DNA of 55,467 bases from a virus (taxonomy: Duplodnaviria; Caudoviricetes): the IMG/VR virus record IMGVR_UViG_3300033515_000006, positions 1 through 55,467 of that record. The stretch is one strand, 5' to 3'. The notes below the pieces were generated by a model. The model did not search any database. It was given only the letters and a program-made list of their open reading frames with translations, and was not told the origin of the DNA. The position numbers were made by a program, and so were the translations under genes. Below are positions 10,826 through 20,606 of the stretch, in pieces. Within the stretch, counting starts at the first letter, position 1. Every line of letters starts with the position of its first letter.

Positions 10826-10858
10826 AAGGAGGTTGATTAATTTCTTCCTCCTTTTTTT
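10826..10858 (+). terminator. Intrinsic terminator-like hairpin
   Basis: AAGGAGG/CCTCCTT stem plus T-run. Confidence 0.65.
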
Positions 10859-10879
10859 ATAACTTTAAAATAATATATA

Positions 10880-13837
10880 ATGCCAGATCCAAAGAAAAAA
10901 CCAATAGTTGTAAATGATCCAAATGATCCAAGATTACATAAATATTTAGATAGTTTAAATTTATATAAAGGTTATGAATTATCTAAAATTTACAATAAAC
11001 AAGATGAAAATTCTAAATTAGTACCGAAAACTTTACCTAAAAATAAAATAAAATATAGTAAATCAGATGCTGACCCACATAAATCATATTCAGATTATTT
11101 AAAATATTCTAAAGAATTTGAAAAAAAGTTAGATGAGGAATTTAGAAAAGATCCAAAAAATGCTTTAAACAATATAAAAAAAATACCATATTTTAATACT
11201 AAAAAAGCAAAAATGACTGCTTTTAGTAAAAAAGAAGATTTGACCAAATATGATAAAAATGCTGCAAATTTAGTAAATGAATATGAAAAATTAAATTTTA
11301 AAGATCCTGTAGAAACAGGTTATTGGAAAACACCAGATTTATATGACCCAAATATACAGGAAATAGGTAGTTATTATAAAGGTGCATACAATCCAATATT
11401 TAAAAAACCAAATCAAGAAATTAAATATATTGGAAATTTTAATGATGTTTTAAAATTAAGACATTCTCCATATATTGCAGGAGTTAATAAAATTCCTAAT
11501 AACAATCAAAAACAAATAATAATACAAAAAAAAGAAACACCACAAGTAACCCCCTTACAAAAAATACAAACAAAAGGTTTAATAGAAACTAATCAAGAAA
11601 TAAATTCACCTTTAGCAACTATAAGACCACAAACTCAAATGCCAAAATATTGGAATGTGACAGATACTAATAATCAAAGATTTGGTGCAACTGAAACAAA
11701 ATATAAAATTTATCCTGAAACTTTAAATACACTAAGAGAACTTCCTAAAGAAGGTTGGGATAGAAAAATAACAGCACAATATGCAATGGGTGGAAATTTA
11801 CAACAAAATAATATGAAAAATAACAATCTTACAAGATTTAATGAAGGTGGTTCTCACGAACAAAATCCATTAGGAGGTGTACCTCAAGGTCAATCACAAA
11901 GTGGTCAAATGAATACAGTTGAAGAAGGAGAAACCAAAAAGAAAAATTATGTTTATTCTGATAGATTATCTATTGATGAAAATATGACTAAACAAATGAA
12001 TTTACCTTCATATATTAAAGGTAAAACATTTGCTGCGGCATCTAAGGCTATTGACAATAAATTTTTAGATAGAAATGATAATTATAGTAATGAAACTAAA
12101 AATACTCTCTTAGATCGTCTTAAACAAGCTCAGGAAACTATTAAACAACAAGAACAACAACGTGCTGAACAAATTGCTCAATCAATGCAATCTAATCAAC
12201 AACAAGTTCCTGATATGATGAATGGTGAAATACCTGAAGGTATGGAAGAATTTACAGAACAACCTGAACAAAATCAAATGTTTATGGGTGGTAATTTCAA
12301 TTTAGCTGAAGCAGGTAATATAACAGGTGGATTATCTGGCTTAGCAGGTAAAGCATCACCTTATTTAGGTGCAGCTTCTGGAGCAATGTCTTTAGGTAAT
12401 TTAGCTCAAGGAAATGGTGCTTCTACCAACAAAGCACAATCTGCTTTATCAGGTGTTGCTACAGGTGCTCAAGCAGGAATGGCTTTTGGTCCATGGGGAG
12501 CTGGAATTGGAGCAGCTGTTGGTTTAGGTGCAGGTTTAATTGGTGCAAATAAAGCTCAAAAACAACAAGCTATTGATTTAAGAAATAATGCAAATTCTGC
12601 TAATTTAACAGATAATTTTGCTTATGGTGGTAAAATTAAAATGGGAGATGGTGGTATTCCAGGAGTTCCAAATTCTTCTACAAGAATACAAGATCCTAAT
12701 TATTTTAAAAAAGATATTGTAGGTTCTGCTGATTATAATACTAATGTAATTCAAAATTTACATAATGCTTTAGGTATTACTCCTAATACTAAAGGATATG
12801 GAACTGCTTGGGGTCAAAAAAGTAATGAAGCTTATTTTAAAAAAGATTTATTAGATGGTAATAGTTCAGCAATAAATTGGAATAAAGAAGGAGTAAAAAG
12901 TTATGGATTTACAAAAGAAGACGTGACTGGTCCTGGATATGAAAAGATGAGAGTACAGTTAGGACTAACGCCTGAAGGTTATAAGTATTTAGGTCCTGAA
13001 ACACCAGATACTTCAATGTTAAAACCTACAGAACAACTTTTTGTAGAACCTACAGGAGTAAAACAAAGTATGGAAAATTATTATCAAAATTCACCTAATA
13101 AAATTAATTCTGAAAATACAGATAATACTGATAATGATAAACAATCATGGTTAGATAAAAATGGTGGTAAAATGTTAAAATATGCTCCTGTAGCAATGAA
13201 CGCTTTCCAATTATCTCAATTAAAAAAACCACAATATACAAGATTAGATAGATTAACTGATAGATTTAAACCTGAATATGTAGATGAACAATCATTACAA
13301 AATATAGCTAATAATGAATATAATAATTCTGTAAATGCTGTAAGTCAAATTGGTGGTTCGCAAGGAGCAGTTCGTAATTCTATAATTGGAGCAGGTTTAA
13401 ATAAAACTAAAGCTTTATCAGATGCTTACATGAATGCTTCAGCACAAAATAGACAAACAAATATAGCTGGTCAAGAATTTAATTTAGGAGTTAATAAAGC
13501 TAATCTTATTCAAGCTGACCAAGAACTTGATATTAACGATAGAAATCAAGCTGCTTATAGAAATGAAAAATCTAAATTATTAAGTTCTATTGGAACAGAT
13601 TTAGGTTCAATTGGTAAAGAAGAAGTTAATAAAAATCAAATTGCTGAAGCATTAGGATATGATGTTAATGGTGATTATGTCGTAAATAAAAAAACTGGTA
13701 AAAAAATGTTAACTAAAGATTTTGAAGAAAAAGTTAAAAATGGAACTTTAAATAAAAAATATAATTTTGGAAATGCTGATAAATTTACCAATTCTTCAAT
13801 TAATTATACACCAACTAATTTTAAAATAGGACAATAA
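10880..13837 (+). CDS. Virion cargo/ejection protein 1 with G/A-rich membrane segment
   Basis: GGSHEQNPLGGVP and VEEGETK motifs; GMAFGPWGAGIGAAVGLGAGLIGA hydrophobic segment; no Cys; follows the muzzle gene. Confidence 0.7.
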   Translation: MPDPKKKPIVVNDPNDPRLHKYLDSLNLYKGYELSKIYNKQDENSKLVPKTLPKNKIKYSKSDADPHKSYSDYLKYSKEFEKKLDEEFRKDPKNALNNIKKIPYFNTKKAKMTAFSKKEDLTKYDKNAANLVNEYEKLNFKDPVETGYWKTPDLYDPNIQEIGSYYKGAYNPIFKKPNQEIKYIGNFNDVLKLRHSPYIAGVNKIPNNNQKQIIIQKKETPQVTPLQKIQTKGLIETNQEINSPLATIRPQTQMPKYWNVTDTNNQRFGATETKYKIYPETLNTLRELPKEGWDRKITAQYAMGGNLQQNNMKNNNLTRFNEGGSHEQNPLGGVPQGQSQSGQMNTVEEGETKKKNYVYSDRLSIDENMTKQMNLPSYIKGKTFAAASKAIDNKFLDRNDNYSNETKNTLLDRLKQAQETIKQQEQQRAEQIAQSMQSNQQQVPDMMNGEIPEGMEEFTEQPEQNQMFMGGNFNLAEAGNITGGLSGLAGKASPYLGAASGAMSLGNLAQGNGASTNKAQSALSGVATGAQAGMAFGPWGAGIGAAVGLGAGLIGANKAQKQQAIDLRNNANSANLTDNFAYGGKIKMGDGGIPGVPNSSTRIQDPNYFKKDIVGSADYNTNVIQNLHNALGITPNTKGYGTAWGQKSNEAYFKKDLLDGNSSAINWNKEGVKSYGFTKEDVTGPGYEKMRVQLGLTPEGYKYLGPETPDTSMLKPTEQLFVEPTGVKQSMENYYQNSPNKINSENTDNTDNDKQSWLDKNGGKMLKYAPVAMNAFQLSQLKKPQYTRLDRLTDRFKPEYVDEQSLQNIANNEYNNSVNAVSQIGGSQGAVRNSIIGAGLNKTKALSDAYMNASAQNRQTNIAGQEFNLGVNKANLIQADQELDINDRNQAAYRNEKSKLLSSIGTDLGSIGKEEVNKNQIAEALGYDVNGDYVVNKKTGKKMLTKDFEEKVKNGTLNKKYNFGNADKFTNSSINYTPTNFKIGQ

Positions 13838-15768
13838 TGGCAAATAGATTTGATAACGGTTCAATTTCAGCATATACACCACAATCAATGCAAGAACTTG
13901 CATTCGTTCCACTTATGAAACGACAAAAGCACGATGATATGGAAAAAAGTTTAGCAGAATTAAGTGCTATTGCTACAGATCCATTAAATGAACATCGTGA
14001 AAAAGCTTTACAATTAAAAAATGAATTAGAATCTAAACTTGGTAATTTATCTGGTGATCTTGCTTCAAGAGGTATTGATTCAATTGGTAAAGAAGCTTTT
14101 TATAAATTACAAAAAGAAAGAAATGATTTGATTGCACCTACTGGAGAAATCGGTATTATAAATGCAGCTAAAGTTGCTGAAGCTAAAGCTAAAGAAGACT
14201 TTATGAAAAATGCGGATAAATCATTTGGACAAAATGTTTTAGAACAAAAATGGTTAGAACATCGTCAAAAATATGCAGACATGAAAGGTCGAGATAAAGA
14301 CGGTAATATTATAAATATTAGTAATTTAGGTTCTCCAAAATATGTAGATTTAGATACAGGTATTAGAGATGTATTAAGTACTCTTGGTCATACAACTAGA
14401 GAAAAACTTTTAAATTCAGGATTATCTTTCAAAAATACAGAATATGGTCCAGTAATGGTTAATTCTCAAGGTAGTGTTGTTACTAAAACTAATGATGAAC
14501 AATTAAATAATGCATTAAACGCTTTAAAAACTAGATTTATAGATAAAACAGGTGAAGGCAGAATTAGTAGAGATTTTGAAGGAAGAACTACTGATGAAGA
14601 TTTAAATTATATAAACAATAGAGTTTTAGGTGCTAAAATATTTGAACAAAATAAAGATTATAAAACTAATTACGATAGAATATCTACTGGAGATGGTAAT
14701 GGAGATGGTAAAAATGGAGGAGCTACACCTTTAATTTCTATTCAAAATGAAATTCAAAGTAAAGAATTTGCAAATCAAAAATATAGTGATAATTTAAAAG
14801 AATATAAAAGATTATCTTCTATACCTATAGATAAAAGAACTGAAGAAGATAATGTAAAATTAGAATTAATAAAAAATTTACAAAAAGATGTTGATGAAAA
14901 ATTAAAACAAACCAATGTTTATAAACAAAATCAACCAAAAGTTCAAGCATTTGATTCTAAAATAGATCCTTCATATAGAAACTTTATTCAAAATGCAGAT
15001 AATATGTCTGCATCTGAATATGATAAAGAAATTGAAAATATAACTAAAAAAGAACTTGCAAAAATTAAAACAACTAAAGGTTTTGTTAGTGGTAGAGAAG
15101 GTATTGTAAGTATAAATGTTAGAAAAAAAGTAAATGATTTATTAAATCAAAGAAGAGAAATTTATAAACCGATAACTGAAGCAAAAAATAAATTGACTGC
15201 TTTAAACAATCGTCAATTTTATCATTATGCATTAGCACCTATTACTGAAAAAGAACAAGGTCAATATCAAAATTTAAATAATAATTTAGCAACTGCTGTT
15301 AAATCAAGTCCTTCTGCATTATCTAATTTAGGTTTAATAGAATCTGTAGATTTAGCGAATGGTTCTAAAAAATATAAATTAACAGAAGAACAAAGAAATC
15401 AAATTCAAACATTACTTTATAATTCAGATCGTAAAAATATTAGATTAGAATCTGTTTCAGAAAAAGGACCTGGAGGTAAACCACAATTAAGAATAGCATT
15501 TACACCAAATGAAGATGATGATGTAGATTTAGCAGGTGTAAACTGGTTTGGTAAAAATTCAGATAATTTAAATAATAAAGAAATATATCTTAATTTAGCT
15601 GTAAATAATTTAACCAATAAAAAAGCAGGTGGTCCAGATATAAAAAATATTGTAGGATTAATTGTAAATTATATAGGTGAAAGAGGTGAAGCTACTGAAA
15701 ATGGTACTACCGAAGGATATGATATTGCAAAATCATTTATTAATAATGCTTACGGAGTAAACGATTAA
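13837..15768 (+). CDS. Virion cargo protein 2
   Basis: Helical, Cys-free, coupled by TAATG overlap; synteny. Confidence 0.6.
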   Translation: MANRFDNGSISAYTPQSMQELAFVPLMKRQKHDDMEKSLAELSAIATDPLNEHREKALQLKNELESKLGNLSGDLASRGIDSIGKEAFYKLQKERNDLIAPTGEIGIINAAKVAEAKAKEDFMKNADKSFGQNVLEQKWLEHRQKYADMKGRDKDGNIINISNLGSPKYVDLDTGIRDVLSTLGHTTREKLLNSGLSFKNTEYGPVMVNSQGSVVTKTNDEQLNNALNALKTRFIDKTGEGRISRDFEGRTTDEDLNYINNRVLGAKIFEQNKDYKTNYDRISTGDGNGDGKNGGATPLISIQNEIQSKEFANQKYSDNLKEYKRLSSIPIDKRTEEDNVKLELIKNLQKDVDEKLKQTNVYKQNQPKVQAFDSKIDPSYRNFIQNADNMSASEYDKEIENITKKELAKIKTTKGFVSGREGIVSINVRKKVNDLLNQRREIYKPITEAKNKLTALNNRQFYHYALAPITEKEQGQYQNLNNNLATAVKSSPSALSNLGLIESVDLANGSKKYKLTEEQRNQIQTLLYNSDRKNIRLESVSEKGPGGKPQLRIAFTPNEDDDVDLAGVNWFGKNSDNLNNKEIYLNLAVNNLTNKKAGGPDIKNIVGLIVNYIGERGEATENGTTEGYDIAKSFINNAYGVND

Positions 15769-15770
15769 AT

Positions 15771-18700
15771 ATGAGACCAAGTATTAATGATTTAATGAAA
15801 AGAGCTGCTGCTGGTTCTTATGATGAAAAATTTAAAAAAGAAATGTCAAATAATATATTTGACAAATATTCACAAAGAGAAAGTTTTGATTTTGATTTAA
15901 CAAATCAAGATTATTTAAAAGGAGATGAAAACCCATATACATATAATATGGGTTTAAATGAAAATGCAGAAGATCCTTTTAATGAAATTAGAGCAACTAA
16001 TCAGTCTGGAGTAGAACAATTAGGTTTAGGGCTAGTTAGAGCTACTAATAAAGCAGCAACAGAAGTGGCTAAACTTGCACCTATTGTATATGGTGTAGGT
16101 AAAGCTATTTTTGAAGATAATGAAACTTCTGCATTAGAAGATATATTTAATAATGAAGGTATTAAAGCTTTAGATGAAATGAGTCAAAAGATTAATACTG
16201 ATTATTTACCAGTATATGTTAAAGACTCAGTTAAAAATGGAACCTTAATGGATAATTTATTATCTACTTCATTTTATGCAACAGAAGGAGCTGATGGTAT
16301 TGGTTTCATGGCTTCAATGTTTGCACCTGGTATGCTTTTAAGTAAACTTTCTTTAGGTTCTAAACTTATAGGAGCTATGAGTAAATCTAGTAAAATGGCT
16401 AAAATGCTAGAAACTACAAATGGTGGTATGAAAGCGTTAGGTAAATTAGGATGGACAGCTAGAGATATAGATTCTAAAGTATCTGTATTATTTAACTCGA
16501 TGATAGAAGCTGGTGCTGAATCTAAAGGAACTCAAGATGCTTTAAATGGTGAAAAACTTAATGAAATTGAATTATATAAATCTAAAGGATTAAGTCAAGA
16601 ACAAGCTGAAGAAATATTTAATCAAAAACATCCTGATTGGGATAATCAAGTTGCTTCTGCAATGAAAGGTGATTTCTGGATGCAGATGCCAATGTTATTA
16701 GGTACAGGTTCCATGATGCATAAAGCTATTTTTGGTAAAGCTTTAGATAAAGTTGAAAAAACTGTAGAATATGGTTTAAAAGGTAGAGTTGGTAGTATGA
16801 CTAAACAATGGGGTAAAGCAACTTTATCTGAAGGTTTTATTGAAGAAGCTGGACAATCAACTTTAGAAAATTACTATACTAAAAAAGCTTATGAAGGTAA
16901 ATTAGGTAAAGGCTTAATAGGTGATGTAAATATAGGTGATTTAACAAAAGAATATATAAATACAGTTTCTTCTGTTGAAGGTGGAAAAGCAATATTTTTA
17001 GGTGCTTTAATGGGAGGTCCATTTATGTCAATGGAAGCTCGTAGAGAACATCTTAAAGGTTTAAAAGACACAAACAGTATTACGAATGGTGTTAAATCAT
17101 CTATTGATGATTATAATACAATTAAAGAAAATGATATTTATGAAACAGATCCTAAAGATCCTACAAAACCTTTGTTTAAAAAAGATGAAAATGGTAATAT
17201 TACAAGTGAAAAAATTATAAATCGAGAAAAAGCTTTAAAAGTTGCTGAATCGTTAAAAAATATTGAAGATGACGATGCTTTATATGATGAAGCTATTAAA
17301 TCTGACGATATTGAATTACAAAAGTTTATTCAAAATAGAAATATTTTAAAATTAATCGCACCTGCAATTCAAAATGGAAAATTAGGTTTACAAATTTTAA
17401 AAGAAGAGCTTGAACAAGCTCTTAAATTTACAGATATTTCTGAAGCTGATAAAAATTCAAAAGATGAAAATAATACTAATAAAAAATTAGTAGAAACCAT
17501 ATTAGCAAAAGCAGAACATCTTCAAAAACAAAATGAAAAGTTTAAAGATTTTTCTCCAGATATTATTAAATTAGATGATCCTAGAACAACTAAAGAATTA
17601 AATGAAGAATATTTAAATCATTTAAATTCTAAGTATATTGAAACAAAATCATTACAATATGATGCTGAAAATAATTTAAAAGAATTAAATAAGAAAAGAG
17701 ACAATATATTAGACGAATTAGGTTTAGATAAAGGTTTACAAATTGAAGATGAAATTGCGACAAATAAAGAACAAAGTTCTTCATTATTAAAACAAGTTAG
17801 TGATAAAATTAGAGAAACTGAAAAAGAAGTAAGTAAATACAAAAAAGATATTAATGAATTATGGGAAAATAAAGATTTAATAAATAAATCTTTTAAATCT
17901 TACATTAATGAAAAAGAAAAAAAACAAAAACAAACTTCTGAAGAAAATGTTCAAAAAACTGATGAAATTAATAGTAATATTAAATCAGCAACTACTGTTG
18001 AAGAATTAGATAAAATTAAACCTAATGAATATACTGCACAACAATTTAATCAAAAACGTGAAGAATTAGAAAAAGGTAAAATAATTGAAAGAGAAAATGA
18101 AATTGCTGAAATAATACCTTCTACACAAGTTAAACAAGTTTTAAAATCAGAACGTGAAGAATTAACTGATCATATGACTAACGAGAGGTATAGTGTATAT
18201 GAAGGTAATCCTATTGAATTTATTAATAAAGATAGTGATGGTAATTTACTTTATAAAACTAAAAATGGTCAAAAAATTTTATTTGTAGACAAAATTAATA
18301 AAATCGAAGAAACAACTGTTGATGATATTGTAGAAGGTTCTGCGAATGATTTTAAAGTTGTAGACCCTAAAATAGTTTCTGATGGTACTGTTAAAGATGA
18401 TGGTAAATCACCTGGAAGTGTTAAAGGAAATAAACAATATGCTGACTATCTTTTAGAAAGTAGAGATAAAACAGGAGATACTGTTACATTTACTGTAAAT
18501 AGAAGTCAATTTGTTAAAGATAAAGATTCTTTAGAAGCAATTAAATTATATGATAAACTATTAAAGGATGAAAAATTTTCAGCTACAAATGAACAATTAG
18601 AATATTTAATTAAACATTTACCTATACAGTTTAATTATAATAATGGTTCTAGTTCTTTCTCATCACACGGTGGAACTTTAAATAGTAAATTAAGAACTTC

Positions 18701-20606
18701 TATTATTAATGCATTACAATCAGGTATTAAATTAGAAAACATACAAAGTGTAGTTACAAATCAAGCAAATGCTGATTTCAATAATCAAATTGTAGATAAT
18801 AAACCAGCCGTTAATAATGTATTAGATATTGCTGAATTTAACGGAGATACTAAAAATTTAGTATTATATCATATAAATACAGATGGTAAATTTATAGTTG
18901 TTTCAGAAAAACAAGAAGATTTTCAAGGTAGTCATAAAGTTAATACAGATTTATCAGGTAATATATTTGTTGTAATGTCACATCCTAAAGGATATAAAGT
19001 TGCTGCTAAATTAAATTCAAATAAATTAAACATTAAACAATCTGAAGGTTTAGCTTTATTGTATAAAGAACTAACTAAATCAAAAAATACTGAAATAAGA
19101 GAACAAGTTTTAGATAATTTAGAAGACGACGAAATTAATAATTATGTAAAATCTAAAATATTAAATCTTTTAAGTAATGAAATTAAATTATTAGGAGGTA
19201 ATCCTAATAATATTTCTATTGATGAAATGATTAAATTATTAGTTTTAGAAAACAGTAGTAAAGATTCTAATAAAAGTATTGAAATAGGGATTGATGAAAA
19301 CGGTAATCAAACAGTTAAATTTAATAATAGTGAATATAATTTAGAAAATGGTATTGAAAATTTTGTTAAAGATTTAACTGAAAATAAAAAACAAAATGTT
19401 ATTACTATTGAAACAGATGCTACTAAAGTTGGAGATAAAGGAATTACATTTAAAAATCAAGCTTATTTAAAGTATTTATTTGATAACAGAATAGTTTCTA
19501 CAGATATTAACACTAATCCTGAAGAAGGAAACTTTAAAACAGCTTCTAGTGCTACAGAACAAGGTAGTGAAGTATATATCAGATCTGCTGTTGAAAGTAA
19601 AAATACAACTGCTGTATTTGTAAATCAAAAAACTGAAATTAAACGTCAATCTGAATTAGAAGCTAAAAAAGCTGATATAGAAGAGGATAAATTTAATAGA
19701 GAGTTTTCTCAAACAATAGACCAAATAAACAACTTTTTTACTAACACATTAGGATTATCTATAAAGTTTGATGGAAGTGGCAGAAGGAAATTAGATAATG
19801 GTAAAGAAGTAGTAACTTATGAAATCACTATTTATCAAAATGGTAAAGCAATAGGAAATACAGGATTTAAAATAGTAAATGGTAAAATTGAAATAAGTCT
19901 AACTGAAATAAATGAAGAATTACAAGGTAAAGGTATAGCATCTGTTTTATATCAGGATATAAATAACGCTTTACAACAATTAGGTTATGGTGTATTACAT
20001 TCTGATACAACGTTTTTAGAAGATTCTCGAAAACAAAAAACATTTTTAATTGTAGATGGTAAAGAACTTTCTTTAGACGAAACTTCAGAGTTTCTATTAA
20101 GTTTAGAAGACCCTCTTGAGGATTTAGAGAAATTAAAAGAAGAAGGTAGAGTACAAGAAATTAAAAAAGTAAAACCTGGCGAAAAGCTTTGGCAAAGTTT
20201 AGAAAGAAAAGGATTAGCTGAAAAATTAGAAAATGGACAATATAGATTTATCAACACTAAATATGATGCAGAACTAAAAGTATTAGAAAGTGAAAATAAT
20301 TCAGAAAATATTAGGAATAATGAAAATAATTCCGTATCTTTGCCAAATAACGTAAAAATAGAAAATGAAATGGATATTCCTAACACACAAGCTAACGTAG
20401 ATTATAAAGAAGCAATTGATAAAATTATTTCTGATAATAAAATGACTGTTGATTTACAAAAAAATATTGATATATTAGCTAAAAATATAGAAATGAGAGA
20501 TTCTGAAGATTTTAAAACTAAATCTGAAAAAGTTCAAAGTAAAATTTTAGAGAATATTAAAAAAGCAAATATTGAGATGCCTCAATTAATTAAAAACTGT
20601 GGATAA
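15771..20606 (+). CDS. Giant virion cargo protein with C-terminal GNAT-like insertion
   Basis: N-terminal hydrophobic helices, coiled coils, and LQGKGIASVLY acetyl-CoA motif near the C-terminus. Confidence 0.65.
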   Translation: MRPSINDLMKRAAAGSYDEKFKKEMSNNIFDKYSQRESFDFDLTNQDYLKGDENPYTYNMGLNENAEDPFNEIRATNQSGVEQLGLGLVRATNKAATEVAKLAPIVYGVGKAIFEDNETSALEDIFNNEGIKALDEMSQKINTDYLPVYVKDSVKNGTLMDNLLSTSFYATEGADGIGFMASMFAPGMLLSKLSLGSKLIGAMSKSSKMAKMLETTNGGMKALGKLGWTARDIDSKVSVLFNSMIEAGAESKGTQDALNGEKLNEIELYKSKGLSQEQAEEIFNQKHPDWDNQVASAMKGDFWMQMPMLLGTGSMMHKAIFGKALDKVEKTVEYGLKGRVGSMTKQWGKATLSEGFIEEAGQSTLENYYTKKAYEGKLGKGLIGDVNIGDLTKEYINTVSSVEGGKAIFLGALMGGPFMSMEARREHLKGLKDTNSITNGVKSSIDDYNTIKENDIYETDPKDPTKPLFKKDENGNITSEKIINREKALKVAESLKNIEDDDALYDEAIKSDDIELQKFIQNRNILKLIAPAIQNGKLGLQILKEELEQALKFTDISEADKNSKDENNTNKKLVETILAKAEHLQKQNEKFKDFSPDIIKLDDPRTTKELNEEYLNHLNSKYIETKSLQYDAENNLKELNKKRDNILDELGLDKGLQIEDEIATNKEQSSSLLKQVSDKIRETEKEVSKYKKDINELWENKDLINKSFKSYINEKEKKQKQTSEENVQKTDEINSNIKSATTVEELDKIKPNEYTAQQFNQKREELEKGKIIERENEIAEIIPSTQVKQVLKSEREELTDHMTNERYSVYEGNPIEFINKDSDGNLLYKTKNGQKILFVDKINKIEETTVDDIVEGSANDFKVVDPKIVSDGTVKDDGKSPGSVKGNKQYADYLLESRDKTGDTVTFTVNRSQFVKDKDSLEAIKLYDKLLKDEKFSATNEQLEYLIKHLPIQFNYNNGSSSFSSHGGTLNSKLRTSIINALQSGIKLENIQSVVTNQANADFNNQIVDNKPAVNNVLDIAEFNGDTKNLVLYHINTDGKFIVVSEKQEDFQGSHKVNTDLSGNIFVVMSHPKGYKVAAKLNSNKLNIKQSEGLALLYKELTKSKNTEIREQVLDNLEDDEINNYVKSKILNLLSNEIKLLGGNPNNISIDEMIKLLVLENSSKDSNKSIEIGIDENGNQTVKFNNSEYNLENGIENFVKDLTENKKQNVITIETDATKVGDKGITFKNQAYLKYLFDNRIVSTDINTNPEEGNFKTASSATEQGSEVYIRSAVESKNTTAVFVNQKTEIKRQSELEAKKADIEEDKFNREFSQTIDQINNFFTNTLGLSIKFDGSGRRKLDNGKEVVTYEITIYQNGKAIGNTGFKIVNGKIEISLTEINEELQGKGIASVLYQDINNALQQLGYGVLHSDTTFLEDSRKQKTFLIVDGKELSLDETSEFLLSLEDPLEDLEKLKEEGRVQEIKKVKPGEKLWQSLERKGLAEKLENGQYRFINTKYDAELKVLESENNSENIRNNENNSVSLPNNVKIENEMDIPNTQANVDYKEAIDKIISDNKMTVDLQKNIDILAKNIEMRDSEDFKTKSEKVQSKILENIKKANIEMPQLIKNCG
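20311..20342 (+). promoter_or_regulatory. Intragenic -33/-7 promoter upstream of the vRNAP gene
   Basis: TTAG, 20-nt spacer, TATCTTTG (20335-20342), about 260 nt before ATG 20606. Confidence 0.55.

Noticed and set aside
8993-20386. Minus-strand ORFs (8993, 9647, 15417, 16889, 17618, 19985) inside the giant + strand genes
   Set aside because: Antisense shadows with S/L/F-biased composition and no motifs.
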